From Catajapyx aquilonaris (Eukaryota), in contig JYFJ02001089.1 in NCBI GenBank assembly GCA_000934665.2, positions 1 to 64,000 on the forward strand: DNA of 64,000 nucleotides, in the 5' to 3' direction. Positions 10,901 through 21,927 of the stretch are shown here, piece after piece. Numbering within the stretch: the first letter of the stretch is position 1; every line of letters starts with the position of its first letter. The translations under genes and the position numbers were made by a program. The notes below the pieces were generated by a model. That model saw nothing but the letters and a program-made list of their open reading frames with translations. It did not search any database and was not told where the DNA came from.

Positions 10901-13900
10901 AAGTGCAAGGCGTGTATAAATCGCATCTTGATTTATTTCTTCAGAGTTCGGAAGGCAGAGCCAAAGACCTCTGAAGTTTATTTGCTGGGCGAAAAGCCAG
11001 CACTTTTTCTCTTCCAAAGAACGTCGGGAAAAGTTTGCTGGGTGTATTTTTTGACCCACCATAAAAAAATGGTGTATTTGCTTTATAGCTGGCTCACAGG
11101 TGACCCATACATTTTTTTAAAGTGCTTGAGTGGTATAAGGTCGTCTGAGAACAATCGCAGCGTAGGAGCGGAAGGTCGTAGATATACACACTGCAGCCTG
11201 CACATCACATGCATGTTTGTGCCTGACTAATGAGACTGTTTCTGCTCTTGGCTGCCTTCCTTGAGGCTCATAAACAGTCAGGAATGGAGACAGCATCTTA
11301 AAATGTCCGGATGCTGCAGCAACACAGGAACTGTCGTCATTTTTTAGCCAGAATATTTGCATACAGTGGGTTGAAAAAAAAACAACTTTTAACTGATTTC
11401 TGATGGAAATTAGAGTTCGGATTTAGTACTTAGTAATTTAACTTGCGTGGGAAGTTCACCCATCGTGTTCGGGCTAGTTCTATTGATAATTTCCTCCCGT
11501 CCCCTAAGGGTGCAAGGAGTTAGGGATTATTTTTCTAACCCCGTTTTTCCCCCTCGTGATCCTTCGGGTTATTTGCATACTCATCATGAAGTGAGCCCTT
11601 TTTTTGTGTGTAATTAGGTCGTTACAGGAAATTGATCCCTCTGGGAAAACAGGGGGGGTCAAACCCCATGGAATGCGATGGGGGTGGGTTTATTTTAAGT
11701 TCATAGCTGTGGAAGACAATGCTGGGTTTTCGATATGCACTGTACGTACCAAGGCGTTACGTTGGTTTGAAGATGGCGGAAGAGGCTTGAGACAAGAGAC
11801 GCCATTGATTGGAGTGGTTGTCCGCGTTGGAAACGTTTTTTTTCTTTTTACAAGGGTGGCCTGGAATGGCCCACTTGGAAGCTGTTTATGGACCGCATAG
11901 TGCAGATAGCCGGGCTGTAGGTTCGGGCCACTTCCCAGAGGCTATTTTCAGGGAAAATATCGGCGCAACTATGGCTTTCAAGTGGATGACTGCACAACCG
12001 CCTCTTCTCAATGCGCCGTGCATGGACCTTGGCACTTGCATGCCGCCACCGCATGTTGTCATGTCACTATGCATTACAGCATTTGCTTAATTAGGCAGCT
12101 TTGACACACACAAAAAAAAGAGGTTGCGTACAGTGCAACAAAACTGAAATTCGTAGATTGTTTACCCCAGCAACTTGTTGAGTCACCAGGAAAATATTGC
12201 TCACGCGCGATATTTCAAAAGGATATTGCGGTTGCGATTGACTTCCGATGATGTTTTTCTCAAGTAGTTCTCATGAGTCATAGTGCAATAGCCCTGAAAT
12301 TAATACTCGCAAACCAACTGGCTGCTTTTCATAGCAAGTTTCGACATTTTCGCACCAATGAGTGCTCCTTTTAGATGCTTGTAAACTGTGACTTCCGGAA
12401 GGTGCTTCTTAAAAGGACAGTGCGACCTTGCCACTATTCCCTGACCATTGTGGATGGCTGGCTAGAAACAGGAAAGGATGCAAATGAGTCTCCCCCACTC
12501 GGGAGCCGACCCCATGTGTGTTGCATGTAGGGGAGACAAATAACATGCTGGGTGTGAAGGCGTCGCCTTTTGAATGGAGGCCAAGGGGAAATGTACTAGC
12601 CCAATACATGGCGTGTAAACAGTTTCTGGTAATCAGTTCCCGGAAAAATAAGAATTTAGAGCAGTTGACCGGTATGACAAGAACCTGCCGCTTGGCTGTG
12701 CCAGTGTGACCGATGCATAATTTGGTCTGATCCGTCTTGATTCTTTGCCAGTAGTGCTTGAGCTTTGGGTGCGAGCAGTTGAGTTTTACGACGAACGGAA
12801 CAGGATAAAATTGCGAAACATTTACTCAAAGCTGTGTACAGTTGCGTGACTAGTTTATTTAGTGTGCGGAAGTGCAGTGTTACGCTACGCAGATGCGTGA
12901 TATTTACAGCCGAGTGTAGGTCATGTACTTGAAAATTGGATCGTACACGCGAAAACTTATGTCTGTGGGCCCTCCCCTGGGGCGTCGTCATCTGATCACC
13001 AAGGACAAATTATTTTTAGTTGACCTCCTGTTACCCACAAGGGTCTCACAAAAGCTGTAACCCTCCCCATTCAGCATGACCAATTCCTCCTAATGACACA
13101 CTGGTTGTCTTCTACGACCAGCCGAGGAATCGATTACACACGGCCTACATACGCAGGATGTCACATTACGGTAGTGTCCGGATTTAAATATTGTTGGCAT
13201 TTTCCAGAAGGACGGAGGAGGTCAACAGGGGGTTGGGAAGGCTGTAGTCCACCACCATCCGGAGCGGCCACTTTGTGCACATCCCAACTGTACGAAGAAG
13301 TGGACAGCACCTCGGACAACAGACAGGTGTGCCACGAGGAATCCTGGTGGTCTGCCGACTCTGACCCAGGGTCATCTCAGTCCTCGGGCGACGAGGCGGA
13401 GACCGAAAGCGAGAAGAGCAATGAGTCTACGTCCAGGTAAAAATTGCGACACGTGGCATGTAATGGCACATAAATCATGGGGTCAGCAGCAGGTGGTCAT
13501 TTGGTCCGCGAAATTTTGCGCAACAAAGGAGCAGGCATTTCCGCTGAATTCATGCTCGGTTGGAGGTGCACCTTTTAATGGGACTATTAAAATTCGTTTC
13601 CGCGCCCATCAAAAAAAAGGCTCTTTTCCTAATGAATCTGAGGTTCCTTACCCGTAAAAAGATATATCCGTACATTTAGGGGATCGATACAGATGCTCTC
13701 ATCTATCTTGGTTCGGAGATGTCGGTGACGTCAATAGCTGGATTTTCTCTAACGTCACCTCTGTTTGGGTATGGGAAGAGAATAGGATATAAAAGGTGCT
13801 CATAAGATATGCTTTTTTTTTCCAGAGGGACAGACACATTCAAGTCAAAGTTCCTGCGGGCAACGGCTCTGAAGGAGAAGTGGAAGGAAGCAAGGAGTAG

Positions 13901-16900
13901 GACTAAAGAGAGGGAGATTCAGCAGGACGAGGGTCGTTTGTCTCGATGGTTCTCCCTACGGAAGAGCCAGCATTATGAGGCGGACAAGACTGCAGATCGA
14001 CCCAAGACTAAGATGCCCCAGCTGCCTGAGGAGGAGGTTTGTGTTGGATGAAGCATGGCTGCATTTTGAAAGGGGAAAGGGGGATGTGAATTGCATTATG
14101 GGGAAGGTCAGAGTCAGTGACAATATTGCCGGGGATGAAAATGGCTGTCTCCTTCACGGCTGTGGAAATGTTGAAAAGGAGAGGGAGGAGCGCAAAGGGC
14201 AACTTGTTTGTTCCAGTGAAAGGCAAGTCTAATCAATCTCTCGCTGCCCACTTGCTGGATTTTCAGCATCAATGGGCTCAATGCTAGCCGACAGAAAAAT
14301 GATTGTCCGGATATAGTTGGGGAGACACAAGCATTTCCAGGTTTCACGTAGCTGTAGCAGAAGGTGATTATTTGCTTGCTGACAGGTACACCAATTAGAG
14401 CCCTATCTGGCTCACTAGAAAAGGCATGTAGCAATCAATGTCCAGGACAAGCCTTGCTTATTAGCCCCTAACTGGTGTACAGGAGAAAATAATGGTGCTA
14501 CATGTGTGGGCAAACAAGTTTGATTAGAAGGAAGTCTTTCCTTCTGCTTCCACTTCATTCAACTCTCCTCTAAGTGACTTGTTTTGATTTTAAGGAGGGC
14601 GCTGGATTCATCAACCTCATGTTTCATCGTCGCCATCAACCTCCCAGCCTGCCACCTCTACCTGCCGGACTCTCTCCTGAGCAGATCAAGAGGAGACACA
14701 TCGTGGCCACCATAGTTCACAGTGAGAACTCCTATGTGGCTACATTGCAGAGATTAGTCAATGTAAGTGCTACATTATATTTTATGCAATATAACGATTA
14801 ATAACAATGGCTCATTTTGCAGGACTACAAGAAGCCACTAGAGGAGAGCAGTCCACCAATCCTAAATGCAACCAAGATCAGCACTCTGTTCCACCGAGTG
14901 CCAGAGATTCTTCAGTGCCATACCTTGTTCCGTATTGCTCTCTCGGAGTATGTCAGGAACTGGGACAAGGAGGAGAAGATCGGGGATGTGTTTGTGGCAT
15001 CCTTCTCGAAGGCGATAGTGCTTGAAATTTACAGTGACTTTATTAACAATTTTTCCATTGCCATGGACCTGGCCAAACATGAGGCAAAGAGGAAGTCTGC
15101 CTTAGCGGACTTTTTCAAGGTGTGTATTGGTTACGTCTTGAAACAATAGCGGTGCCCATAGTAAGAGGGCATGAGGTGGGATTGAGTAGGAGTCATTGCC
15201 AAGACAAGGGGAAGGTTTAGGTGTTGCACTTGATCAACTTTGGCCAGATCCCAACTGGCATGCAGGGAACTCCTGTCTACTTGAGCAGTGTCCTTGAAGT
15301 TGCAAGTGACTCGTTTCAGCTGAAAAATTTTCATTGCGGGGGGAGATAGACATGGGGCAGCTGCCAACTAAATATCCTTGGTACACTGTTGCGCTCCACA
15401 GTCAAAGATGAGGAAATTGCAATTTGCCGTTGCAGCTGTTGCAGAATTCATGGAAATATTTGCCCCCCTTTTCAGGTGAAGCAAATCACTGCACATGACC
15501 GTCTGTCCTTCTTCGGACTTATGGTGAAACCAGTGCAAAGGTTTCCACAATTCATCCTACTGTTGCAAGTGAGTACCGTTACTTATGAGGAACTCTGATC
15601 ATATATTAATTTTAATACATTGTGTTGCGACTGTTTGCAGGATCTTTTAAAGTACACCCCTCAAGGGCACCATGACCGCATGTCTCTTCAACTTGCACTC
15701 ACTCAGCTGGAGAGTTTGGCAGAGATGCTGAATGAGAGGAAAAGGGAAGCAGAGCAATACCAAGCCTTCAAAGAGATGCTCAGGAACATCAGTGGGAAGT
15801 TTGCCTTGAAGCCTCTGTCTGATGGGAATAGATACCTGTTGAGAGATGACAACATGACGCACTTGGTGAGTATTCCTTCTGATTTTTAGAGATGAATGTA
15901 ATGCTAACGTGCTGTATGAATTTCAGGAGTTTAGCCAAGCTGGACTCATAACCAAGTCGAAGTCACGTCGCCTGCTGCTCCTGAACGACCTCCTCCTCTG
16001 CGTTTCTGTGGTTCCGAGGCCCAGTGACGACTTTGGCAACAACGAAAGACTGACTCTGAAGTGGGCACATCCTGTGACTGACATTGACGTACGTATCTTC
16101 AAATCAGAAATTATACAGTGAAGCGTGTTTGGCAAAGTCAGAGTTGTAAGGTATTGTTTCTACCTTGGGCCTGCTGCGTAGCTAAAATGAGTGTTCAGGG
16201 AATTACAATGGCCTGCTCTCGTCTTACATTTTGAACAGCTGGGTTCCCAATGAAAGGGTGATTGTGCAACTTATATTATGCAACTTGCTTGTTAAGTTAA
16301 GTGAATTAAGGCTTGACCTTTTGCCATTTCAGATTCAGGACACGAGTGCATCGCCAACATTAAGCCGAGTCCTTGCTGCAGGACTGAACAAAGGAGGGAG
16401 CCTGAACAAATCAGACCGCCCGCCTGAGAGCCAAGCAGGTGTGGACAACCTCTGCCAAGAAATGAATGATCTCATGCACGACTACGAAGTGGTCAGCAGG
16501 ATAGCAGCCCTGATTTCCACACTCAAAGGAGAATACCAAGTAAGGCTTGGTTTTCAAGACTGTCAGACCTTATAAATTGAACTAGTGTTCCAACCTTTCC
16601 CTTCAGAACCTGAACTTGGACCTGACCAGGTCGGTACTCAACTCCATCCAGCAGTCCATTCAGCAGAAGGATGAGGAGATTGCCTGGGTCGACTCCTGCT
16701 GCTTGCAGTTCCTAGTCAGAAACAAGTCTGGAAAGGAGGAACAGTTTACATTCCAAACTGAAAATCCTAGCATCAAGAAGGACTGGGTTGTTGGTATGTA
16801 CTGCGCACCTCTTGTTGCACTTCGTGCACTATTCGTGTTAGCTGAATTTGAAGAAACAGTCCTGTCGCAGGGTGTGCAGTTACAAAATAATTGCAGATGA

Positions 16901-19678
16901 GTTCCAAGAAAATACTGACTCGTGCGTGGTACATGTGGCCAACAAATGTTATGTATTCAAAAGTGTTCAGAATTGTTGCCACATCTGCTGTCGAGATAAT
17001 TCAACCACAAGTTGTAGGCTATTTAGTATGTCAGGTATAGGCAAATATAGAATAGCCTAGTGGGCGGAACAAAAGTCTGATCATTATGCACATTGCTGTG
17101 GACAGCGTGCTTATTATCTGGCATATCTGATAAGCGGTCTTGGCTTGCATGGTATTTACTTATGAAGGTGTGTTCTTTTATCAATTACTATTGCCCTTGC
17201 TGCCCATTTATGGGGGTCATCTGAAGAGTGAGAAGTCTGCAACTTATCATTATGGACATGAGCTGACTTTTGTTCCATATGGTGTATGGGATAAGTTATG
17301 TTTGTCTGGTATGAGTTTCAAATCCAATGGGTGATATTTAGGAACATATTGCTATTCTTCAGGTTTCCCAATGAGACTCTTTTGTCAACCTGCCTATTCC
17401 CACAGGAATGAAAGTTAGACCAAGAGTTAGACCCTACTATTCCAGGTTTCGGAATATGGCCATCTGACTCCAAACGTTATTTTATGATGGGTCATGAGCT
17501 CTTATTTGCTGATGTAGCATTGTTAGAGATTTTGGTCTCGCAATTGGAAATGATTAGACCTATTGTGTGGCATTGAAAATGGAGTTAACGCTGCTGTTAC
17601 CATATGGAGTAGCTTTATAGCTGACCTTATCTAATCTTCATGCAACTATAGCCTTTATAAGTTCTTGGGTACAGTACCGGTTTTGATAATATCTTTGGAT
17701 TGCACCAGGTAATATTTCTGATTTTTTTCAGAGCTGAGATTAGCGCAGCTTGCACTGGATCAAGACAACTCTCCAGCATGGGACATTCCTGAGCAGGAAA
17801 GGCGGCCATCAACGAAAATGCCATTGTTTGTAAAGAGTGTTCCTGTGTACAAGTCACAGCATCAAACAGAGGTAGGTCTTACAATCAACCTGCGAGTTGG
17901 GATGTTGACAAATGTACTGAATATGGAGAAAATTATAATGAAGGAAACTTAAAAGTTTTGATAGTAAATTGTTGGCCTAAGTTATGTAACATTTTAATTT
18001 TGGTTGGATGTTTCACCAGGTTCGCTGTGGGTGCTTCTACACAGTGACGGTTTACAAGCCAACACGGCGGGTGAGGCACCAAAGCTACCTGTGGGTGTGC
18101 ACCACGGACGGGATCAGCAGTCACATTGCCATTCACGTGATGCAGCAGGTGGGGATGACTGAAGTGGGTGCATTTGACATGGTGGAAACTCGCATCACAG
18201 CCATGGAGTTCACACCTGGGCTACTTCATGAAGAGAAGCTGAAGGGAGACTTGGTCTGGATGGGAACAGACAGTCGCAAGCTGCTCCTATATTCAGCGTT
18301 AGATCCAGAGAAGCAAGATGAGGTTTCCTCATGTACCGTGCCATCTTCAGTGTGTCAGATCACATACCTCTGCGGGCAGGTGTACGTTGCATTGGGCAAT
18401 GGGAGTGTGGCTGTGTTTAGGCGTACCCAGGATGGAGACTGGAACCTAAATGAGCCACAAATGGTGTTGATTGGTCTAGAACCAGTGGCTAGCCTGTTGC
18501 CAATTAATCACTGTATGTATGCTGCCAGTGGGAAGAAGGTGTGGGTGCTTGATGGTGTGACAGCAGAGGTGCAGAAGCACTTTGGAGTCCAGCATGAACA
18601 CATCGGCAATGTGCACCTCATGGCACACTCTGGAATAGGACTGTGGATATCCCTGAAGTCATCCTCCACCATATGTCTATATCACACGGAGACATTCAAG
18701 CACCTTCAGGACATCAACATTGCCTCCAACGTGAACAGGATACTGGCAAATCGAGATTTGGCGAAAGCAAACAAGACAATCCATGTGACCGCTTTGATGG
18801 CATGCAAAGGGTTGTTATGGGTTGGAACTAACGTTGGAATTGCACTGACCATCCCGTTGCCAAGGCTGGAAGGTGTCCCAATCATCAGTGGTCGTGCAAA
18901 CATATCGTACCATGCACATTTTGGTCCAATCACGTTCCTAATTGCACTCAGCCCTCGAAGGGAAGAAAGTGCTCCTCGGAAGCTTGAAAAGCGGATGTCA
19001 GATGGCCAGCTTGAAGTACCAAACAGCAAGCCAGGACTTAAACCCCAACTGAGCTCACCTCTCATACTGAGGCGAAAACCAAAAGAAAACGGTGCATTGC
19101 GGTCATGCAAAACACTTCCGAGAGGGGTTGGACTTCTCTCCACACAGAATTCAAGTGAGGAGTATGATGTGTACGGAGTGTGTGGAAACCTGCTTAATCC
19201 ACGTGACTATGAAGCAGACCACTCTTTGATGGAGTCTGCGTATGAAGCACTACGCCGCAGCGATCCTGAGCTGGCTGCACTTCCAAATAAAGTCAACACA
19301 CTGGACAGGCGATTGAGGATGAAGGCGAGCAGACCAAGGTCTTTGGACCTGTCTAACTGGTCAGTTGAGAGTCGGTCTTCTGTGTACACATCCTCGGGTT
19401 CGGAAGAATCGGTGCCTGTCAGCCTACCATCAGGAGCAACCCAGGCACAGAATGGTGGAACAAAGAGTGTGCAAGGAACAGTGAAAAAGGGAGCAGGGGG
19501 CTTGGATGTTACAAGAACTATTGTTACGTTGATGGGAGGTCGGGGGTACATCAATTGGAGGAAAGCATCTATAGAGAGCAGACCAGAGAAGATGACGAAG
19601 GCGCAGACGTCTACACTGCCCACGATCAAGGCCAACAGCAACAATGCCCATGTCATCCTCTGGGAAATGAAGTTGTGA
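1770..19678 (+). CDS. ARHGEF10: Rho guanine nucleotide exchange factor 10-like (DH-PH plus C-terminal beta-propeller region), whole gene, 16 coding exons, about 1739 aa
   Basis: Exons 1770-1904, 5093-5533, 5709-6158, 6212-6713, 9433-9546, 13208-13436, 13826-14036, 14595-14762, 14823-15119, 15476-15568, 15641-15865, 15927-16088, 16333-16539, 16607-16793, 17732-17871, 18020-19678. All introns are GT-AG and phase-compatible, total 5220 nt. The DH segment ([13 protein letters not shown]...[11 protein letters not shown]...[21 protein letters not shown]...[25 protein letters not shown]) closely matches ARHGEF10/10L. Confidence 0.92.
5093..5533 (+). CDS. ARHGEF10: RhoGEF10-like exon 2 ([16 protein letters not shown]...PSTQ), His/Gln-rich
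   Basis: Long pyrimidine tract plus AAG| acceptor; donor CAA|GTAAGT; open frame. Confidence 0.8.
5709..6158 (+). CDS. ARHGEF10: RhoGEF10-like exon 3 ([15 protein letters not shown]...EENIYEEI...RHNK)
   Basis: tctcgcag| acceptor (an alternative in-frame AG ends at 5714); donor AAG|GTGGGT, phase 0. Confidence 0.8.
6212..6713 (+). CDS. ARHGEF10: RhoGEF10-like exon 4 ([15 protein letters not shown]...poly-Ala...GWGSVR)
   Basis: 53-nt upstream intron ending ttctcag|; donor GAG|GTGAGT, phase 1. Confidence 0.8.
6452..6502 (+). repeat. Coding poly-alanine tract ([17 protein letters not shown]), mixed GCN codons
   Basis: gcagctgcagtggctgcggcggcggctgcagctgctgcagccgccgcagct. Confidence 0.85.
7864..7906. 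repeat. Poly-A run spanning an N at 7886
   Basis: About 42 A with a single N; the length is probably unresolved. Confidence 0.8.
8887..8923 (+). CDS. Candidate alternative first coding exon of the RhoGEF ([12 protein letters not shown])
   Basis: caaaATGG start context; donor T|GTGAGT in phase 1, compatible with exon 9433; Inr-like TCAGTC at 8715-8720. Confidence 0.4.
9120..9297 (+). CDS. Candidate alternative first coding exon of the RhoGEF ([18 protein letters not shown]...RVRLF)
   Basis: ccATGG start; open frame ending at donor TCG|GTAGGT in phase 1, compatible with exon 9433. Confidence 0.35.
9433..9546 (+). CDS. ARHGEF10: RhoGEF10-like symmetric phase 1-1 exon ([11 protein letters not shown]...[11 protein letters not shown]), 114 nt
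   Basis: ttcttgttggcag| acceptor; donor CAG|GTGAGT; open frame; skippable without frameshift. Confidence 0.65.
13208..13436 (+). CDS. ARHGEF10: RhoGEF10-like exon (EGRRRSTGG...QLYEEV...NESTSR)
   Basis: ttttccag| phase 1; donor AG|GTAAAA, phase 2. Confidence 0.75.
13826..14036 (+). CDS. ARHGEF10: RhoGEF10-like exon ([11 protein letters not shown]...[10 protein letters not shown]...PEEE)
   Basis: tttttttttccag| phase 2; donor GAG|GTTTGT. Confidence 0.8.
14595..14762 (+). CDS. ARHGEF10: RhoGEF10-like exon, DH domain start ([24 protein letters not shown])
   Basis: DH CR1 motif SE-x-Y; donor AAT|GTAAGT. Confidence 0.9.
14823..15119 (+). CDS. ARHGEF10: RhoGEF10-like exon, DH domain (DYKKPLEE...ADFFK)
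   Basis: ttttgcag| acceptor, AAG|GTGTGT donor; strong ARHGEF10 DH similarity. Confidence 0.95.
15476..15568 (+). CDS. ARHGEF10: RhoGEF10-like exon, DH CR3 ([31 protein letters not shown])
   Basis: KPVQR motif; canonical splice sites. Confidence 0.95.
15641..15865 (+). CDS. ARHGEF10: RhoGEF10-like exon, DH end / PH start
   Basis: [36 protein letters not shown]; canonical splice sites. Confidence 0.95.
15927..16088 (+). CDS. ARHGEF10: RhoGEF10-like exon, PH domain ([17 protein letters not shown])
   Basis: PH motif [11 protein letters not shown]; tttcag| and |GTACGT. Confidence 0.92.
16333..16539 (+). CDS. ARHGEF10: RhoGEF10-like exon ([10 protein letters not shown]...LKGEYQ)
   Basis: Canonical sites, phase 0-0, open frame. 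Confidence 0.88.
16607..16793 (+). CDS. ARHGEF10: RhoGEF10-like exon ([11 protein letters not shown]...[16 protein letters not shown])
   Basis: PH C-terminal helix KKDW; donor G|GTATGT, phase 1. Confidence 0.9.
17732..17871 (+). CDS. ARHGEF10: RhoGEF10-like exon ([18 protein letters not shown]...[19 protein letters not shown]), not in the supplied ORF track
   Basis: tttttttcag| phase 1; donor GAG|GTAGGT; LAQLAL-x-x-x-N-x-P-x-W pattern typical of ARHGEF10. Confidence 0.9.
18020..19678 (+). CDS. ARHGEF10: RhoGEF10-like terminal exon, beta-propeller (WD40-like) region to the stop (...HVILWEMKL*)
   Basis: 552-codon open exon; motifs [40 protein letters not shown] and GGRGY as in ARHGEF10/17. 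Confidence 0.95.
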   Translation, partial: VRCGCFYTVTVYKPTRRVRHQSYLWVCTTDGISSHIAIHVMQQVGMTEVGAFDMVETRITAMEFTPGLLHEEKLKGDLVWMGTDSRKLLLYSALDPEKQDEVSSCTVPSSVCQITYLCGQVYVALGNGSVAVFRRTQDGDWNLNEPQMVLIGLEPVASLLPINHCMYAASGKKVWVLDGVTAEVQKHFGVQHEHIGNVHLMAHSGIGLWISLKSSSTICLYHTETFKHLQDINIASNVNRILANRDLAKANKTIHVTALMACKGLLWVGTNVGIALTIPLPRLEGVPIISGRANISYHAHFGPITFLIALSPRREESAPRKLEKRMSDGQLEVPNSKPGLKPQLSSPLILRRKPKENGALRSCKTLPRGVGLLSTQNSSEEYDVYGVCGNLLNPRDYEADHSLMESAYEALRRSDPELAALPNKVNTLDRRLRMKASRPRSLDLSNWSVESRSSVYTSSGSEESVPVSLPSGATQAQNGGTKSVQGTVKKGAGGLDVTRTIVTLMGGRGYINWRKASIESRPEKMTKAQTSTLPTIKANSNNAHVILWEMKL

Positions 19679-20935
19679 TACTGTTGAATCTCTACGGATG
19701 GATTTGTCACATTTTCAGGCTGAGATTACGAGTTCGGAACAACAAAGTAGCAGCACTACCCATGTCGACCACACATTATGAAACTGTGATAACTGCTATT
19801 CTAGTGGGTTATGTCACACTTTCATTTGCCAATATGAGTAATGTTGCTGGTGTTTAAAAAATAAGAGTACAAAAAGTTTTTCCCCCTCCTAAATCATAAT
19901 CCTATTCTCAGACCAAAGTGATTTTCTCTGGGCCATTTCAAGTGTGCGATTGAAAAGAGAAGCAACCTTTCTTATTGTATTTATATTGTGTACATAGAGC
20001 CATGTCAGATTTATAGTAGTATTTGCAAACCGTTGGAAATAAGATGCCCTGTTTTCTCTATCGAAAAAGTCTATTTGGAATCTCTATATATTTTAGAAGC
20101 AAAACAAAAAGGATAGCAACATTGAGAGCCCACAAGTTTTGAGTTGAGCAACAGATGCCTTGAAAGGATTCATTTTTATTCTCAACAACTTCTGGTTTTT
20201 AGAAGTCCTTGAGAGCAAAAATGTCAAAAAAAATAATTATTTCTGTACTTTCCAATTGTTGTGAATCGCATCCTTTGTACGGTGTAGATTTATGTGAAGA
20301 CTCTGATGAGAATAAGCTTAGTGTGTGTTCAGTGTAAGAGAAACATTCATGTTCTCGGTCCAAGTAATGGAAATCTACAGATCCATACTTGCATCATGAT
20401 TTTTAATTTCATGCTTTGCAATGTTCGAAGCTTTAAAAATTAAAATATTGAACACCCCCTTCAAAGAAGGTACTGTTGTAAGTACTCTTGTAAGCTTGAA
20501 TCTCATTCCTTTCTGTTAATTATTACCCCAAATTCTGGGACAATAATGAACAAAGTTGCCAGCTTCGAAGCAGAGGTGCTAATACGTGCATTCAAGTCTG
20601 GATCTGTGTTTGGCGCAAAAAGCTTGGTAATACATATATGCCTCCTAATTTATACCATGTAATTTATGCCAATATCTGATACTCACTTGTGAGAGAAAAA
20701 AAAATGCATACGGCTCAGCAATTATTCACTTTAAAAATAAGCAGGTAATCCCATCAACAATGTTAGTTCAGCGGCAGACTTGCCCACTTATTGTCAATGA
20801 ACCTCATAAAACTTATATGTTTGCATTAAATTTTCATGTTAATTGTAAAATTTGTACTCATTTCCATGCCCTCTTTTAAAATTTTTTTTCTAATTTTTAT
20901 GCAGGCAGTCCACTCACTGGCATATGAAATAATTA

Positions 20936-21236
20936 CACTGTACTCTGGATTATCCAAGGTAATGAATACACGGGTGTCGCCGGATGATCTGAAAATGGCC
21001 CATGTACTGCTGTACTTTTGTACATAGTGCGCATGCTGTTTTAACTACCGGTATGGTTTAATCAAAATTATGGAACTCGCCATACATTTTAGTCATCTAG
21101 AAAATGCCTGTTATTTTCTTCATTTGTGAGACACATTCACATTTTTTTTTGTACTTTTATTTTTAATTTTAATTATTTGTCGATGCACAGATAATCCTCA
21201 GCACCCGTCCTCACCCGGATAATCGGTAGTACAGTG
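20936..21236. mobile_element. pogo/Tigger-type MITE-like element, about 300 bp, TA target duplication
   Basis: Left TA|CACTGTACTCTGGATTATCC vs right end reverse complement TA|CACTGTACTACCGATTATCC; subterminal inverted match ACGGGTG..GGATGATCTG / CAGATAATCC..CACCCGT. Confidence 0.7.
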
Positions 21237-21250
21237 TACTTATTTAATTA

Positions 21251-21591
21251 CACAGGGTGACCCAAAAGTAAACCAAAATTGTCAACCAACAACACAATGG
21301 GTATGCCATGCAATGCAATTAACATATAGAAAGAATGTCACATCAGCTACCTGACCCCACCGGAGTACTGCTGAGTGCTGAAACTTGGCACACTGTCATC
21401 TTGTGTGCCGCTAATTCAGGGAAACGTCCAAAAACCGCACTTTTTAAAATGTAAATACCCCCAAATTTTAAATTTTAACATGATGTTTGGTGTCTCATCT
21501 GGGGTAATTATGGCACGGATGTCTTTTATTTATCAATCACCGTGCGACGAACAGCTACCCAGACCGATCCAGACTTTTGAGTCACCCTGTG
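21251..21591. mobile_element. Tc1/mariner-type MITE-like element, about 340 bp
   Basis: Terminal inverted repeat CACAGGGTGACCCAAAAGT / ACTTTTGAGTCACCCTGTG (18/19). CAGGGTG ends are typical of Tc1/mariner MITEs. The TA TSD is degenerate. Confidence 0.7.
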
Positions 21592-21760
21592 GATAAATAT
21601 AAAACCCGCTGGCAATGTCCATTAGACCGGCTTAGTCTAGGGGGCGCACCAGCTATATTAGCTTGATCCATTCCAAACTATAGCTATATTAGTTATAGCT
21701 GTTGGTGGATCCTCTTGAGAGAGAGAGAGAGTGGCAGAGTTTCCCGCTGGGTGTCTCTAG

Positions 21761-21927
21761 ATGGCAGCAATGGCGTCCCCGATCCGCCATGTTCCCAAGA
21801 TGAACGTGTCGTTCTCCGGTCGCGGGAGCCTCCTGGGCGGATTCTCCTTCGAAGGCGAATCCCTGCCCGACTTCTCCGAGTTCGATACCACAGCGGAGGT
21901 ACTGGAATACAAGGCGGAGGCTGAGAG
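21761..21927 (+). CDS. TMEM47: Candidate upstream coding exon of the TMEM47-like gene (MAAMASPIRHVPKM...EYKAEAE)
   Basis: GC3-rich open frame; donor AG|GTACGG, phase 2, joins acceptor tttcag|G at 25233 in frame (R-R-P-S-E-E-K-MAPTTT). Confidence 0.65.

Noticed and set aside
13158..13207. Mini first exon ATG TCA CAT TAC G|gtagtg
   Set aside because: The implied intron is only 37 nt with a weak donor
14100..14230. Purine-rich stretch with a GC donor (AG|GCAAGT) as an extra RhoGEF exon
   Set aside because: No good acceptor, and the phase is incompatible with the flanking phase-0 junctions
19676..19687. Stop-codon readthrough of the RhoGEF (and of TMEM47 at 61989)
   Set aside because: Both stops are followed by a second in-frame stop after two codons (TGA TAC TGT TGA; TAG TGC GAG TGA), with no TGA-CTA context
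18706..19710. Minus-strand ORFs of 145 and 167 aa
   Set aside because: Antisense to the terminal RhoGEF exon; no independent signal
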